64,000 nucleotides of DNA from a virus: positions 7,028-71,027 of IMG/VR virus record IMGVR_UViG_3300034103_000398; one strand, 5' to 3'. The position numbers were made by a program, and so were the translations under genes. The notes under the pieces are model-generated. The model was not told the origin of the DNA, made no database searches, and saw only the letters and a list, made by a program, of their open reading frames with translations. Numbering within the stretch: position 1 is the stretch's first letter; each line of letters opens with the position of its first letter. This document shows positions 18,442-25,777 of this stretch, piece by piece.

Positions 18442-18531
18442 TGGCGGAAGCGGTGAGATTCGAACTCACGGGACGCTTTCACGTCCGGCAGTTTTCAAGA
18501 CTGCTGCCATAGACCACTCGGCCACACTTCC
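18442..18531 (-). tRNA. tRNA-Ser(TGA)
   Basis: loop CTTGAAA, long variable arm. Confidence 0.93.
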
Positions 18532-18538
18532 ATAATTT

Positions 18539-18616
18539 TGGAGGTTCGAGTCAGATTTGAACTGACGGTTTTACGGATTTGCAATCCGTTGCATTGGACC
18601 ACTCTGCCACCGAACC
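18539..18616 (-). tRNA. tRNA-Cys(GCA)
   Basis: loop TTGCAAA, U73. Confidence 0.9.
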
Positions 18617-18623
18617 ATTGTTT

Positions 18624-18719
18624 TGGCGGAGACGGTGAGATTCGAACTCACGGAGCCACGTTTTAGCGTGACTCGACAGGTTAGCAACCTGCTGCCTTAG
18701 GCCACTCGGCCACGTCTCC
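18624..18719 (-). tRNA. tRNA-Ser(GCT)
   Basis: loop TTGCTAA, long variable arm. Confidence 0.93.
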
Positions 18720-18728
18720 ATAAACGTT

Positions 18729-18805
<77 letters not shown>

Positions 18806-18812
18806 ATTTAAA

Positions 18813-18903
18813 CCATTATAGAAACACATTTAAACAGTCCTTCAACGGTTAGTCGCTATCTCCCTTACTACTCGGGCGGATCTGTATGTGCTTCTATAAT
18901 GGT
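18813..18903 (-). ncRNA. long-stem-closed RNA (family B) overlapping tRNA-Leu CCA end
   Basis: ACCATTATAGAAGCACAT...ATGTGTTTCTATAATGGT. Confidence 0.55.
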
Positions 18904-18984
18904 GCTCCGAGCCGGACTCGAACCGGCACACCTTTCGGCGAGAGATTTTAAGTCTCTTGTGTCTACCTATTTCACCATCGGAGC
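18900..18984 (-). tRNA. tRNA-Leu(TAA)
   Basis: loop CTTAAAA, variable arm. Confidence 0.93.
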
Positions 18985-19000
18985 AAAATCGTAACTATGT

Positions 19001-19087
19001 ATTTTTAAAGATCGTTGTTAAGAAGTGCGATGACTTTCTCAACTCATGTAATGATTGTAACACCATCACGATTTATTGTCAAATTTT
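19001..19087 (-). promoter_or_regulatory. promoter plus boxB-like hairpin plus boxA-like leader (copy 2)
   Basis: TTGACA-17-TACAAT (19054-19082), GATCTTTAAAAAT. Confidence 0.75.
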
Positions 19088-19106
19088 ATTTTGTACTACT
19101 TTTGTT

Positions 19107-19180
19107 TGGCATCCCCTGAAGGACTCGAACCTTCACTAACGGTTTTGGAGACCGGTATGCTGCCATTACACTAAGGAGAT
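19107..19180 (-). tRNA. tRNA-Trp(CCA)
   Basis: loop CTCCAAA. Confidence 0.9.
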
Positions 19181-19186
19181 ATATCT

Positions 19187-19263
19187 TGGCGTGACTAGAG
19201 GGATTCGAACCCCCGACCGTTTGCTTAGAAGGCAAATGCTCTATCCTACTGAGCTATAGTCAC
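19187..19263 (-). tRNA. tRNA-Arg(TCT)
   Basis: loop CTTCTAA. Confidence 0.93.
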
Positions 19264-19272
19264 ATTATTTAT

Positions 19273-19301
19273 ATTATAACAAGGGTTTGATTACTAGTCA
19301 A
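19273..19301 (-). promoter_or_regulatory. sigma70-type promoter
   Basis: TTGACT-17-TATAAT. Confidence 0.75.
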
Positions 19302-19307
19302 ATTGTT

Positions 19308-19382
19308 TGGCTCCCCAGCGTGGGCTCGAACCACGGACCAATTGATTAACAGTCAACTACTCTACCACTGAGCTACAAGGGA
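19308..19382 (-). tRNA. tRNA-Asn(GTT)
   Basis: loop CTGTTAA. Confidence 0.92.
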
Positions 19383-19390
19383 ATAAATTT

Positions 19391-19810
19391 TTAATAACTT
19401 TTACCTTCTTGATATCTTTGCCGTCTACTGTGTCTGCCTTTGCCCCTATTCTTAGACTTGTAAGTAGGAGTCTGGCTGTGACAATTAGGACACAATAATA
19501 TCAAGTTTTCTTCTGTCTGATTCAAAGAGTCGCCATCCTTATGTTCAATTTCTAAGGATATCGGTTCTCCTTGCCAACTATCAATACCGCACTTACAGCA
19601 TTTGTTTTCAAATTTAGTAAACAAATATCTGCGTACATATCCACTTATCTCACCTTGACCCTTAGCACCACTTTGGTTGCCTTGTTGCCATTCAGTAATG
19701 TAAGTTTTGTACTGATATTCTTGTTGACATTTTGTATCACAGTACTTGTTTGTCTTGGCATGAGACCAAGTACAATCTTTTCCGCAATTCAGACATTGGT
19801 AAATTTTCAT
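19391..19810 (-). CDS. HNH endonuclease inserted in tRNA array
   Basis: CCKCG...LEIEHKDG..N....NL.LLCPNCH. Confidence 0.85.
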   Translation of the reverse strand: MKIYQCLNCGKDCTWSHAKTNKYCDTKCQQEYQYKTYITEWQQGNQSGAKGQGEISGYVRRYLFTKFENKCCKCGIDSWQGEPISLEIEHKDGDSLNQTEENLILLCPNCHSQTPTYKSKNRGKGRHSRRQRYQEGKSY

Positions 19811-19864
19811 TGGTTGAGCACTCCTATATTACTATTTATGCTCAACCGATAAAAACTTAAATTT

Positions 19865-19940
19865 TGGTGCTCCCTGTCGGATTCGAACTGACCACCTCCG
19901 CATTACAAGTGCGATGCTCTACCAAATGAGCTAAGAGAGC
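19865..19940 (-). tRNA. tRNA-Thr(TGT)
   Basis: loop CTTGTAA. Confidence 0.92.
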
Positions 19941-20016
19941 GTTTGTCTTTCAACAAAATTATTTAGTGAGTATATCAGCCTGACAATTTTTTGTCAATCA
20001 TCAGGCTGACCTCATT

Positions 20017-20577
20017 CTACGACAACAGAATCCTGCTATGCTTTGGAACACCTGCAAGCAAGTATTCCATTTGATCTGCTAGGATCGTGCGATGTTGCAG
20101 AATCATGTTTTCGTAATGGTTGGGTGCATAGGGTGCGTACAACAGTTCCATACGTGCTTCTTTCAAAGACTTGTGGCCCTTCTTGCTGTTACATTCCTTA
20201 CATGCAGTAACTACGTTCATCCAAGTGTTTTCACCACCGTGATACCGAGGTACAATGTGGTCACGACTTAGATGGTTGTAGTTAGGGTGATGTTCCCCGC
20301 AGTATGCACAAACATATCGGTCACGACCAAACAATGTTCGGTTAGTAAGTGCTACGGTAGTGTGCTTATGTGGGTTAAAGCTATGACCCTTGATTGCAAT
20401 AATCGAAGGAGTTTCTAGGTAGCTTAGAGTTCCGTCATTTTGGATTCCCCCGCGATACTTAGCCACAATTTCACCCATTGACCAAGCAACTGAATTGGTT
20501 GCGTGGTAGGCGATTGCGTCATCGTATGAGATCCACTGCCGGGGAACTCCTGAGATATCTAATGCTAGAACGGACAT
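20017..20577 (-). CDS. HNH endonuclease (McrA-like)
   Basis: RD..VCAYCG...DHIVPR..GG.NTW.NVVTAC..CN..KG. Confidence 0.88.
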   Translation of the reverse strand: MSVLALDISGVPRQWISYDDAIAYHATNSVAWSMGEIVAKYRGGIQNDGTLSYLETPSIIAIKGHSFNPHKHTTVALTNRTLFGRDRYVCAYCGEHHPNYNHLSRDHIVPRYHGGENTWMNVVTACKECNSKKGHKSLKEARMELLYAPYAPNHYENMILQHRTILADQMEYLLAGVPKHSRILLS

Positions 20578-20622
20578 GCTATACTCCTTTGTGTTACTGT
20601 CTACATCTATTTAATGTTCCTT

Positions 20623-20697
20623 TGGAGGGTCATGTAGGAATCGAACCTACGTCAAGAGTTTCGAAGACTCGTATGTTATCCATTACACTAATGACCC
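20623..20697 (-). tRNA. tRNA-Arg(TCG)
   Basis: loop CTTCGAA. Confidence 0.88.
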
Positions 20698-20705
20698 ACG
20701 TTATG

Positions 20706-20734
20706 ATTATACAACAAATACCATTATTTGTCAA
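20706..20734 (-). promoter_or_regulatory. sigma70-type promoter
   Basis: TTGACA-17-TATAAT. Confidence 0.85.
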
Positions 20735-20739
20735 ATTTT

Positions 20740-20814
20740 TGGTCCCGCTGCCAAGAATCGAACTTGGATCTAGGCGTTAGGAGTGCCTCGTACTATCCAT
20801 TGTACTACAGCGAT
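20740..20814 (-). tRNA. tRNA-Arg(CCT)
   Basis: loop CTCCTAA. Confidence 0.88.
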
Positions 20815-20815
20815 A

Positions 20816-21427
20816 TTAAACTGACCCCGGGTCTACTAAGCCCAATTCACTAAACGCCCATTCACGTTCTACACATCTATTGCAAATTCTGCATCTATTC
20901 TCGGGGTATACACAACTATGTGTAATATTAAATAGCCCTTGTTGACCTAACTTTATTACCAAGTCAACAATATGTGCCTTTGTTAAATCCTTTAATGGAT
21001 ACGAGCATCCATATGAGTCTTTCGGTTTAGGGTACACCGGGACATGCAACGTGTGCTCCGACATAGTGTCTATTAGACCTATGAATATCTTATTCACATT
21101 GAACTTTGATATTTCTCGCATGCCTGCTGCCACTTGATTCTCAGTATCCTGCTCAGTGATATCTAAGTATGTTGTAGTTATCGGTTCTAAACCTAATGAC
21201 ATTGTTACATAGTCAATTACAGGCTGTGCGTGTGAACTCGACCCGTCGTTCCTTCTTATAGTAAATGGTACAATTTTGTATCTCTCATTTGTCATAGACA
21301 TTAACAAGTAAAACAACAATGCACTATCTAGTCCTCCGCTGACTAATACACCGATTCTCCTATGCATTGGGGGTAATTTGAAATCAAGTTCTCTTATATC
21401 GTTAGATGGCCCACATAATATTTTCAT
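20816..21427 (-). CDS. QueC-like PP-loop protein
   Basis: SGGLDS plus THSC...CRICNRC.ER..AF. Confidence 0.65.
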   Translation of the reverse strand: MKILCGPSNDIRELDFKLPPMHRRIGVLVSGGLDSALLFYLLMSMTNERYKIVPFTIRRNDGSSSHAQPVIDYVTMSLGLEPITTTYLDITEQDTENQVAAGMREISKFNVNKIFIGLIDTMSEHTLHVPVYPKPKDSYGCSYPLKDLTKAHIVDLVIKLGQQGLFNITHSCVYPENRCRICNRCVEREWAFSELGLVDPGSV

Positions 21428-21442
21428 ATTACTATTTAGTGT

Positions 21443-21527
21443 TGGTACTCCTAGTGAGATTCAAACTCGCACTAATAGGTCATAGTGTTCTCAACATTGC
21501 CGGTGCACTAATTATCTGGATCGGAGC
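21443..21527 (-). tRNA. degenerate/atypical tRNA-Leu(GAG)-like
   Basis: loop TTGAGAA, T-like arm, ACCA end; D arm poorly paired. Confidence 0.5.
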
Positions 21528-21535
21528 AATATTTT

Positions 21536-21613
21536 TGGTACTCCCTCTCGGAGTCGAACCGAAAACACTCTTCCTTTTGAGAGAAGCGACTTTGCCAATT
21601 CCACCACAAGGGC
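21536..21613 (-). tRNA. atypical tRNA-Leu(CAA), short variable region, weak acceptor
   Basis: loop CTCAAAA, CCA. Confidence 0.6.
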
Positions 21614-21620
21614 ATTATTA

Positions 21621-21708
21621 TGGAGGAAAGCCAGAGAATCGAACTCTAACCGTTTTCACGATCCTGCTGTTTTCGAGACAGCGGCCAGCCCAGCTGACAT
21701 AACCTTCC
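21621..21708 (-). tRNA. tRNA-Ser(CGA)
   Basis: loop CTCGAAA, long variable arm. Confidence 0.8.
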
Positions 21709-21717
21709 ATTGTAAAA

Positions 21718-21824
21718 CAGGATGCTGTAGTATCGCCGGGAATCGAACCCCTATTTCAACTACGGTGCCCAACTGCACGGCCTGCCAGATTGTTAGCGGC
21801 ATAGGTGTTTGCTGTAGTCATCCT
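21718..21824 (-). ncRNA. CAGCAA-stem RNA with D-like and T-arm hairpins
   Basis: AGGATG-ACTACAGCAAA...GTGC-AGTTGG-GCAC...GGG-TTCGATT-CCC...CATCCTG. Confidence 0.75.
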
Positions 21825-21828
21825 AAAC

Positions 21829-21918
21829 TGGCAGCGAGTGAGAGATTCGAACTCTCGTGCCCCTTTCGGGACCATCACCTTTCCAAGATGCGCCAATAGG
21901 CCACTCTGGCAACTCGCT
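21829..21918 (-). tRNA. tRNA-Ser(GGA)
   Basis: loop TTGGAAA, long variable arm. Confidence 0.85.
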
Positions 21919-21925
21919 ATATAAC

Positions 21926-22003
21926 TGGTACCCTAGGTCGGATTCGAACCGACACGATTCTCCTTTTGAGAGAGACACCTCATTCCAATTGGGTTACTAG
22001 GGC
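21926..22003 (-). tRNA. tRNA-Leu(CAA), short variable region
   Basis: loop CTCAAAA, CCA. Confidence 0.8.
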
Positions 22004-22010
22004 ATAAATT

Positions 22011-22085
22011 TGGTAGTCGATAGTGGTGTCGAACCACTGACCTCTTCGATGTCAACGAAGCGTTCTACCGCTGAACTAATCGACT
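22011..22085 (-). tRNA. tRNA-Val(GAC)
   Basis: loop TTGACAT. Confidence 0.9.
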
Positions 22086-22093
22086 ATATAAAA

Positions 22094-22209
22094 CAGGATA
22101 CTTTTTTCTAACGCTCTACCAAATGAGCTAATCAGGCATGAAGCCTAATGTTGGATTCGAACCAACTACCTTTCGATTTCAAGTCGATAAGATTTGCTGT
22201 TAGTATCCT
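22094..22209 (-). ncRNA. CAGCAA-stem RNA containing a circularly permuted tRNA (Ser UGA loop)
   Basis: order: anticodon arm, T arm, loop-closed acceptor, D arm, inside AGGATAC/GTATCCT stem. Confidence 0.85.
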
Positions 22210-22214
22210 AAAAC

Positions 22215-22290
22215 TGGTCTCCGTGATAGGTCTCGAACCTACGGCCTCAAGTTCCCCGAACTTGCGCTCTTCCAACTGAGCTACACAGAG
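22215..22290 (-). tRNA. tRNA-Pro(GGG), C33
   Basis: loop TCGGGGA. Confidence 0.8.
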
Positions 22291-22297
22291 ATAATTC

Positions 22298-22666
22298 TTA
22301 CAAAGAAGAAATACTCTTCCATTTATACTTTCTAGCGCAATGAATGCTATTATTCAGTGCGCTTGCACACGGAAACCTGTGACCTTTTCTAAAAGTCCAT
22401 TCGTTTATTTTGAATGACTTCAACACCTGATCACCGTTCCACCATCCACGTTCACACTTAATGTAACCTAGTTCTTCTAACTGGTTACGCAACTTTGTAA
22501 ACTCGTCATGGTCTTTGTTACTGATGCTGACACCCTTGTCATATCCCTTAAGAACTTTGATAAGGTCATCATGTGTAGGGTTGTTACGATCTTTGATAAA
22601 GTCGTGTTCAGTCCTAACAGTAACATCACAAATAAAACTTTCATCAATTGTGAATTGTTTCAACAT
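22298..22666 (-). CDS. hypothetical protein
   Basis: 122-aa ORF with AAGGA RBS. Confidence 0.7.
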   Translation of the reverse strand: MLKQFTIDESFICDVTVRTEHDFIKDRNNPTHDDLIKVLKGYDKGVSISNKDHDEFTKLRNQLEELGYIKCERGWWNGDQVLKSFKINEWTFRKGHRFPCASALNNSIHCARKYKWKSISSL

Positions 22667-22831
22667 TATAGTTCCTTATAGATTGGGAGCCTAACTATCT
22701 GACGTTACTCAGCCTTGCTAGATTGTCTCGTACACAAGAGTTTATGCTACCTATGTAATCATACTATAGTGTCACACACCAGCATAGTGTGCTAGATTAC
22801 TCGGGACTCATCGTGCCGTCTATCCCTTAAC

Positions 22832-22906
22832 TGGTACCCGGTGATGGTTACGATCCATCTACAGCTGCCTTATCAAGACAGTACCTCACCATTCGGTCTA
22901 CCGGGT
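22832..22906 (-). tRNA. tRNA-Ile(GAT), atypical T loop
   Basis: loop TTGATAA; T loop ATCGTAA. Confidence 0.75.
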
Positions 22907-22919
22907 ATAAAATTAAATT

Positions 22920-22993
22920 TGGTGCTCCTTGACAGAATCGAACTGCCGTATCCGCGTTACAAAGGCGGTGTAATACCATTATACGAAAAGAGC
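22920..22993 (-). tRNA. tRNA-Thr(TGT)
   Basis: loop TTTGTAA. Confidence 0.85.
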
Positions 22994-22997
22994 TAAT

Positions 22998-23123
22998 TGG
23001 TGGAGATGCCGGGATTCGAACCGCGGACAAGAACTTTTACAGAGTTAGAGCTATAGATTGCTGTGCGAATTCTTGTCAGAATTCGTTTTTTGCTATGCTA
23101 TGCTACCATTACATCACATCTCC
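22998..23123 (-). ncRNA. tRNA-Tyr-like RNA with CAGCAA stem inserted between D and anticodon arms
   Basis: GGAGATG/CATCTCC-ACCA acceptor, D arm, CGAATTCT-GACA-AGAATTCG-CACAGCAAT, AACT-CTGTAAA-AGTT, T arm. Confidence 0.8.
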
Positions 23124-23131
23124 AAAAACAA

Positions 23132-23192
23132 CAGGATGTATTTTTACGTTTTCAATTAAAAGTTGAGTGTATAAATTTGCTGTTAACATCCT
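23132..23192 (-). ncRNA. CAGCAA-stem RNA carrying Lys(UUU) anticodon loop (near-identical to 18376-18436)
   Basis: differs from the other copy by a compensatory C-G to T-A pair in the closing stem. Confidence 0.78.
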
Positions 23193-23197
23193 AAAAC

Positions 23198-23272
23198 TGG
23201 CGTACCCCCAAGGACTCGAACCCTGACCTAACGGATTTGGAATCCGCGATGCTGCCATTACACTAGAGATAC
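23198..23272 (-). tRNA. tRNA-Trp(CCA)
   Basis: loop TTCCAAA. Confidence 0.88.
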
Positions 23273-23280
23273 ATAAAATC

Positions 23281-23378
23281 GGCCCACTGTACGGGAATCG
23301 AACCCGCTTTGTCCATTGAACGGAATCGAACCGTCTCTTCGGGGTGCGCGCCAACCCGGGCCCCAAGCCTACAGTGGA
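23281..23378 (-). ncRNA. tRNA-like RNA with two T arms and no anticodon arm
   Basis: TCCACTGTA/TACAGTGGG stem enclosing ACGG-TTCGATT-CCGT and GCGGG-TTCGATT-CCCGT. Confidence 0.65.
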
Positions 23379-23384
23379 TTTGTT

Positions 23385-23460
23385 TGGTGCCTGAGACTGG
23401 ACTCGAACCAGTATCGCTCACTGTGTAAAAGTGACGTATGACCTCTCTACGCACTCAGGC
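23385..23460 (-). tRNA. tRNA-Val(TAC)
   Basis: loop TTTACAC. Confidence 0.88.
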
Positions 23461-23468
23461 AAATTGTT

Positions 23469-23545
23469 TGGAACATGGAGTGAGATTCGAACTCACGAAC
23501 AACTGGTTTGCAATCAGTCACATTAGGCCACTCTGTCATCCATGC
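23469..23545 (-). tRNA. tRNA-Cys(GCA)
   Basis: loop TTGCAAA. Confidence 0.88.
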
Positions 23546-23553
23546 ATAAAATT

Positions 23554-23627
23554 TGGTGCTCAAACTAAGAATCGAACTTAGATTTCATTCGTACCAAGAA
23601 TGTGTTCTACCATTGAACTATAAGAGC
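23554..23627 (-). tRNA. tRNA-Thr(GGT)
   Basis: loop TTGGTAC. Confidence 0.85.
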
Positions 23628-23640
23628 AAATTTACTTAGG

Positions 23641-23711
23641 GGTGACCAACGGGGCTCGAACCCGTACTACCAGAGTCACAGTCTAGGTTGCTACCATTAC
23701 AACATGGTCAC
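23641..23711 (-). tRNA. tRNA-His(GTG) without encoded CCA or G-1
   Basis: loop CTGTGAC; 3' end CCCTA; flanks form an extra 10-bp helix. Confidence 0.8.
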
Positions 23712-23738
23712 ACCTAAGTAAACTTAGGAAAAATATAA

Positions 23739-23796
23739 CAGGATCGTTTTTGTCGCTAGACATCCAAAGTTAGCTTTTGTTTGCTGAACCGATCCT
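23739..23796 (-). ncRNA. CAGCAA-stem RNA (58 nt)
   Basis: AGGATCG-GTTCAGCAAA...GCTAAC-TTTGGAT-GTCTAGC...CGATCCTG. Confidence 0.72.
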
Positions 23797-23801
23797 AAAA
23801 C

Positions 23802-23879
23802 TGGCGCCCACGAAAGGATTCGAACCTCTGACCCCTTGTTTCGTAGACAAGTGCTCTAATCCAACTGAGCTACGCGGGC
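23802..23879 (-). tRNA. tRNA-Arg(ACG)
   Basis: loop CTACGAA. Confidence 0.92.
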
Positions 23880-23887
23880 ATAAATTT

Positions 23888-23962
23888 TGGTACTCAGTAC
23901 GGGAATCGAACCCGTCTTTACAACTTGAAAGGCTGTCGTCCTTACCGATAGACGAACTGAGT
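23888..23962 (-). tRNA. tRNA-Glu(TTC)
   Basis: loop CTTTCAA. Confidence 0.88.
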
Positions 23963-23971
23963 ATGTGTTCT

Positions 23972-24061
23972 TTAGTAAAGAGACTCCTTGTACACATTGC
24001 ATAAATGTGTCCATGCTTCAATCTCTTGTTTATGTTTTTCTACTGATTGATTCCAACTCAT
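23972..24061 (-). CDS. 29-aa small ORF MSWNQSVEKHKQEIEAWTHLCNVYKESLY
   Basis: AAGGAG RBS; 3' end complementary to own RBS. Confidence 0.5.
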   Translation of the reverse strand: MSWNQSVEKHKQEIEAWTHLCNVYKESLY

Positions 24062-24146
24062 GTGAGTCTCCTTTAAATATGGCGCCGATTTTTGTCATTT
24101 TAACTCAGGCTAACGTACACTCTCTGAGATTAGTTGCAACACAACT

Positions 24147-24219
24147 TGGTAGCCATGGCCAGTTTCGAAATGTCGACCTATCGCTTAAAGCGATTGCTCT
24201 TCCTCTGAGCTACACGGCT
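24147..24219 (-). pseudogene. tRNA-like gene with 5-nt anticodon loop (likely decayed tRNA-Ile)
   Basis: ATCGC-TTTAA-GCGAT; weak T stem; ACCA end. Confidence 0.6.
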
Positions 24220-24227
24220 GTATTGTT

Positions 24228-24302
24228 TGGTGGATGTAAGTAGATTTGAACTACTGACCTGCTCCGTATGAAGGAGATGCACTACCGCTGTGCTATACAT
24301 CC
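24228..24302 (-). tRNA. tRNA with CAT anticodon on a Val-like arm (second copy)
   Basis: D and anticodon arms identical to 16006-16080. Confidence 0.8.
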
Positions 24303-24307
24303 AAAAA

Positions 24308-25009
24308 TTACCAAAAGATGTTTATCTCATTTTCTTTTATGTTCAAATGCATTTGAATTGTAATTCTACATTCATTCTCACTTAAATTAAAAGGTTCAAT
24401 AGAATGTGTAATATCACTTCCCCACTGTGCTAATATTCCAGGCTTATATTCAAGTTTTACATATTCATCGGGTAATACATTTTTGTTAGAAACGGATTCT
24501 TGTGTTGTATATAACAAAGCCCCACCTGAACTAGGAATAGAAATTGGTATAATAACTGATACTATTTCCCCAACATCCGTAATGTTTTGTAAGAAAGAAA
24601 ATTTATCTCTGTGAAAATTATAATAGCCATATGAAGAAGGTTGATTTTCTCTTAATACATATACATGAAATCCAGGATAGTGAGTTTTATCTAAATAAAC
24701 TACCGGTTTATTATATACCGCTTCTATTTTTGTTTTAATCTTATCGTAGTATGTATTAAAGTGCTCTTTCATGATGGGTCTGAATTTCTTCACATTTATC
24801 ATATATAAAATCTGACTACTAGCGTACATACCAGGTGGCAACATTTGTGTTGTGACTGAATTAATACCTAAATCTTTTTCTTTGATATTAGTATTTGTAT
24901 ATTTCCATAGTTTTTTTAAATCAAATACTTTATTCTTTATATCAAGAAGTTCATCTTGAGTAAAAAAGTTATGTTGAATTATTCCTGGTACAATTTTATT
25001 GTATGTCAT
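24308..25009 (-). CDS. 2OG-Fe(II) oxygenase-like protein
   Basis: FHRD, GGAL, HSIEP, RITIQ motifs. Confidence 0.6.
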   Translation of the reverse strand: MTYNKIVPGIIQHNFFTQDELLDIKNKVFDLKKLWKYTNTNIKEKDLGINSVTTQMLPPGMYASSQILYMINVKKFRPIMKEHFNTYYDKIKTKIEAVYNKPVVYLDKTHYPGFHVYVLRENQPSSYGYYNFHRDKFSFLQNITDVGEIVSVIIPISIPSSGGALLYTTQESVSNKNVLPDEYVKLEYKPGILAQWGSDITHSIEPFNLSENECRITIQMHLNIKENEINIFW

Positions 25010-25022
25010 TTTGTATTTAGTT

Positions 25023-25098
25023 TGGGGTGAAGGATGGGACTCGAACCCACAACGACTGGAATCACAATCCAGGACTCTACCATTGAGCTACCGACACC
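25023..25098 (-). tRNA. tRNA-His(GTG)
   Basis: loop TTGTGAT, G-1, CCA. Confidence 0.88.
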
Positions 25099-25104
25099 AT
25101 ATCT

Positions 25105-25182
25105 TGGCGGAAAGCAGAGGAGTCGAACCTCAGAATGCTGGAATCAAAATCCGATGCCTTAGACCAACTTGGCGAACAGGGT
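25105..25182 (-). pseudogene. chimeric tRNA-Gln(TTG) with non-pairing acceptor stem
   Basis: 5' ACCCTGT versus 3' GCTTTCC-GCCA. Confidence 0.65.
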
Positions 25183-25187
25183 ATAAT

Positions 25188-25258
25188 TGGTTGCGGAGGA
25201 GGAATTCGAATCCTCAGGGCCGAGCTTATGAGACTGACCGATCGCCTGAATCCCCGCA
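25188..25258 (-). tRNA. atypical tRNA-Met(CAT), D arm reduced
   Basis: loop CTCATAA, TGCGGGG/CTCCGCA-ACCA. Confidence 0.6.
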
Positions 25259-25265
25259 ATATATT

Positions 25266-25341
25266 TGGTGCCACAAGCTGGACTCGAACCAGCAACACAC
25301 GAATTTTCAGTCCGCTGCTCTACCATTGGAGCTACTGTGGC
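25266..25341 (-). tRNA. tRNA-Phe(GAA)
   Basis: loop CTGAAAA. Confidence 0.9.
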
Positions 25342-25349
25342 AAATTGTT

Positions 25350-25424
25350 TGGTGGAAGCCGAGGGAGTTGAACCCTTCTAGACAAGATTCTTGCAAGGAA
25401 TCCCCGTAGCCCGCTACTGCCCCC
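25350..25424 (-). tRNA. atypical tRNA-Ala(TGC), minimal D loop
   Basis: loop CTTGCAA; GTAGC-GG-GCTAC D hairpin. Confidence 0.7.
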
Positions 25425-25435
25425 ATTGAATTGTT

Positions 25436-25522
25436 TGGTGGAGTGTGAAGGAATCGAACCTCTTGTCGCCACCCTGCTTAATTTGACCATCGGGTTACAG
25501 CCGACGACAGGGAACACACTCC
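25436..25522 (-). tRNA. atypical tRNA-Tyr(GTA), D-armless with long variable region
   Basis: TCGG-CTGTAAC-CCGA; T arm; ACCA. Confidence 0.65.
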
Positions 25523-25531
25523 ATTAAATTT

Positions 25532-25605
25532 TGGTCACCGAGGGCAGAGTCGAACTGCCGCTTCCTGGTTCCAGGCCAGGGATGCTACCGTAACATCTCT
25601 CGGAG
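25532..25605 (-). tRNA. tRNA-Pro(TGG), loop CCTGGAA
   Basis: cloverleaf with C33, CCA. Confidence 0.75.
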
Positions 25606-25612
25606 ATAAACT

Positions 25613-25688
25613 TGGTAGGGGTACTTGGAATCGAACCAAGATTATCGAGTTCAAAGCCCGATGTGATAAGCCATTACACTATACCCCA
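25613..25688 (-). tRNA. tRNA-Gln(TTG)
   Basis: loop CTTTGAA. Confidence 0.88.
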
Positions 25689-25696
25689 ACAAATAC

Positions 25697-25771
25697 TGGC
25701 GATGCGTGGGAGAATCGAACTCCCGTCTTCGGATAGACAATCCGAGATAATGACCATTATATGAACGCACC
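25697..25771 (-). tRNA. tRNA-Asp(GTC), U37
   Basis: loop TTGTCTA. Confidence 0.82.
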
Positions 25772-25777
25772 TAAATT

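Noticed and set aside
22998-23123. tmRNA or group I intron-containing tRNA
   Set aside because: Too short, no tag ORF or G3:U70 pair, no group I core, and the insert is outside the anticodon loop.
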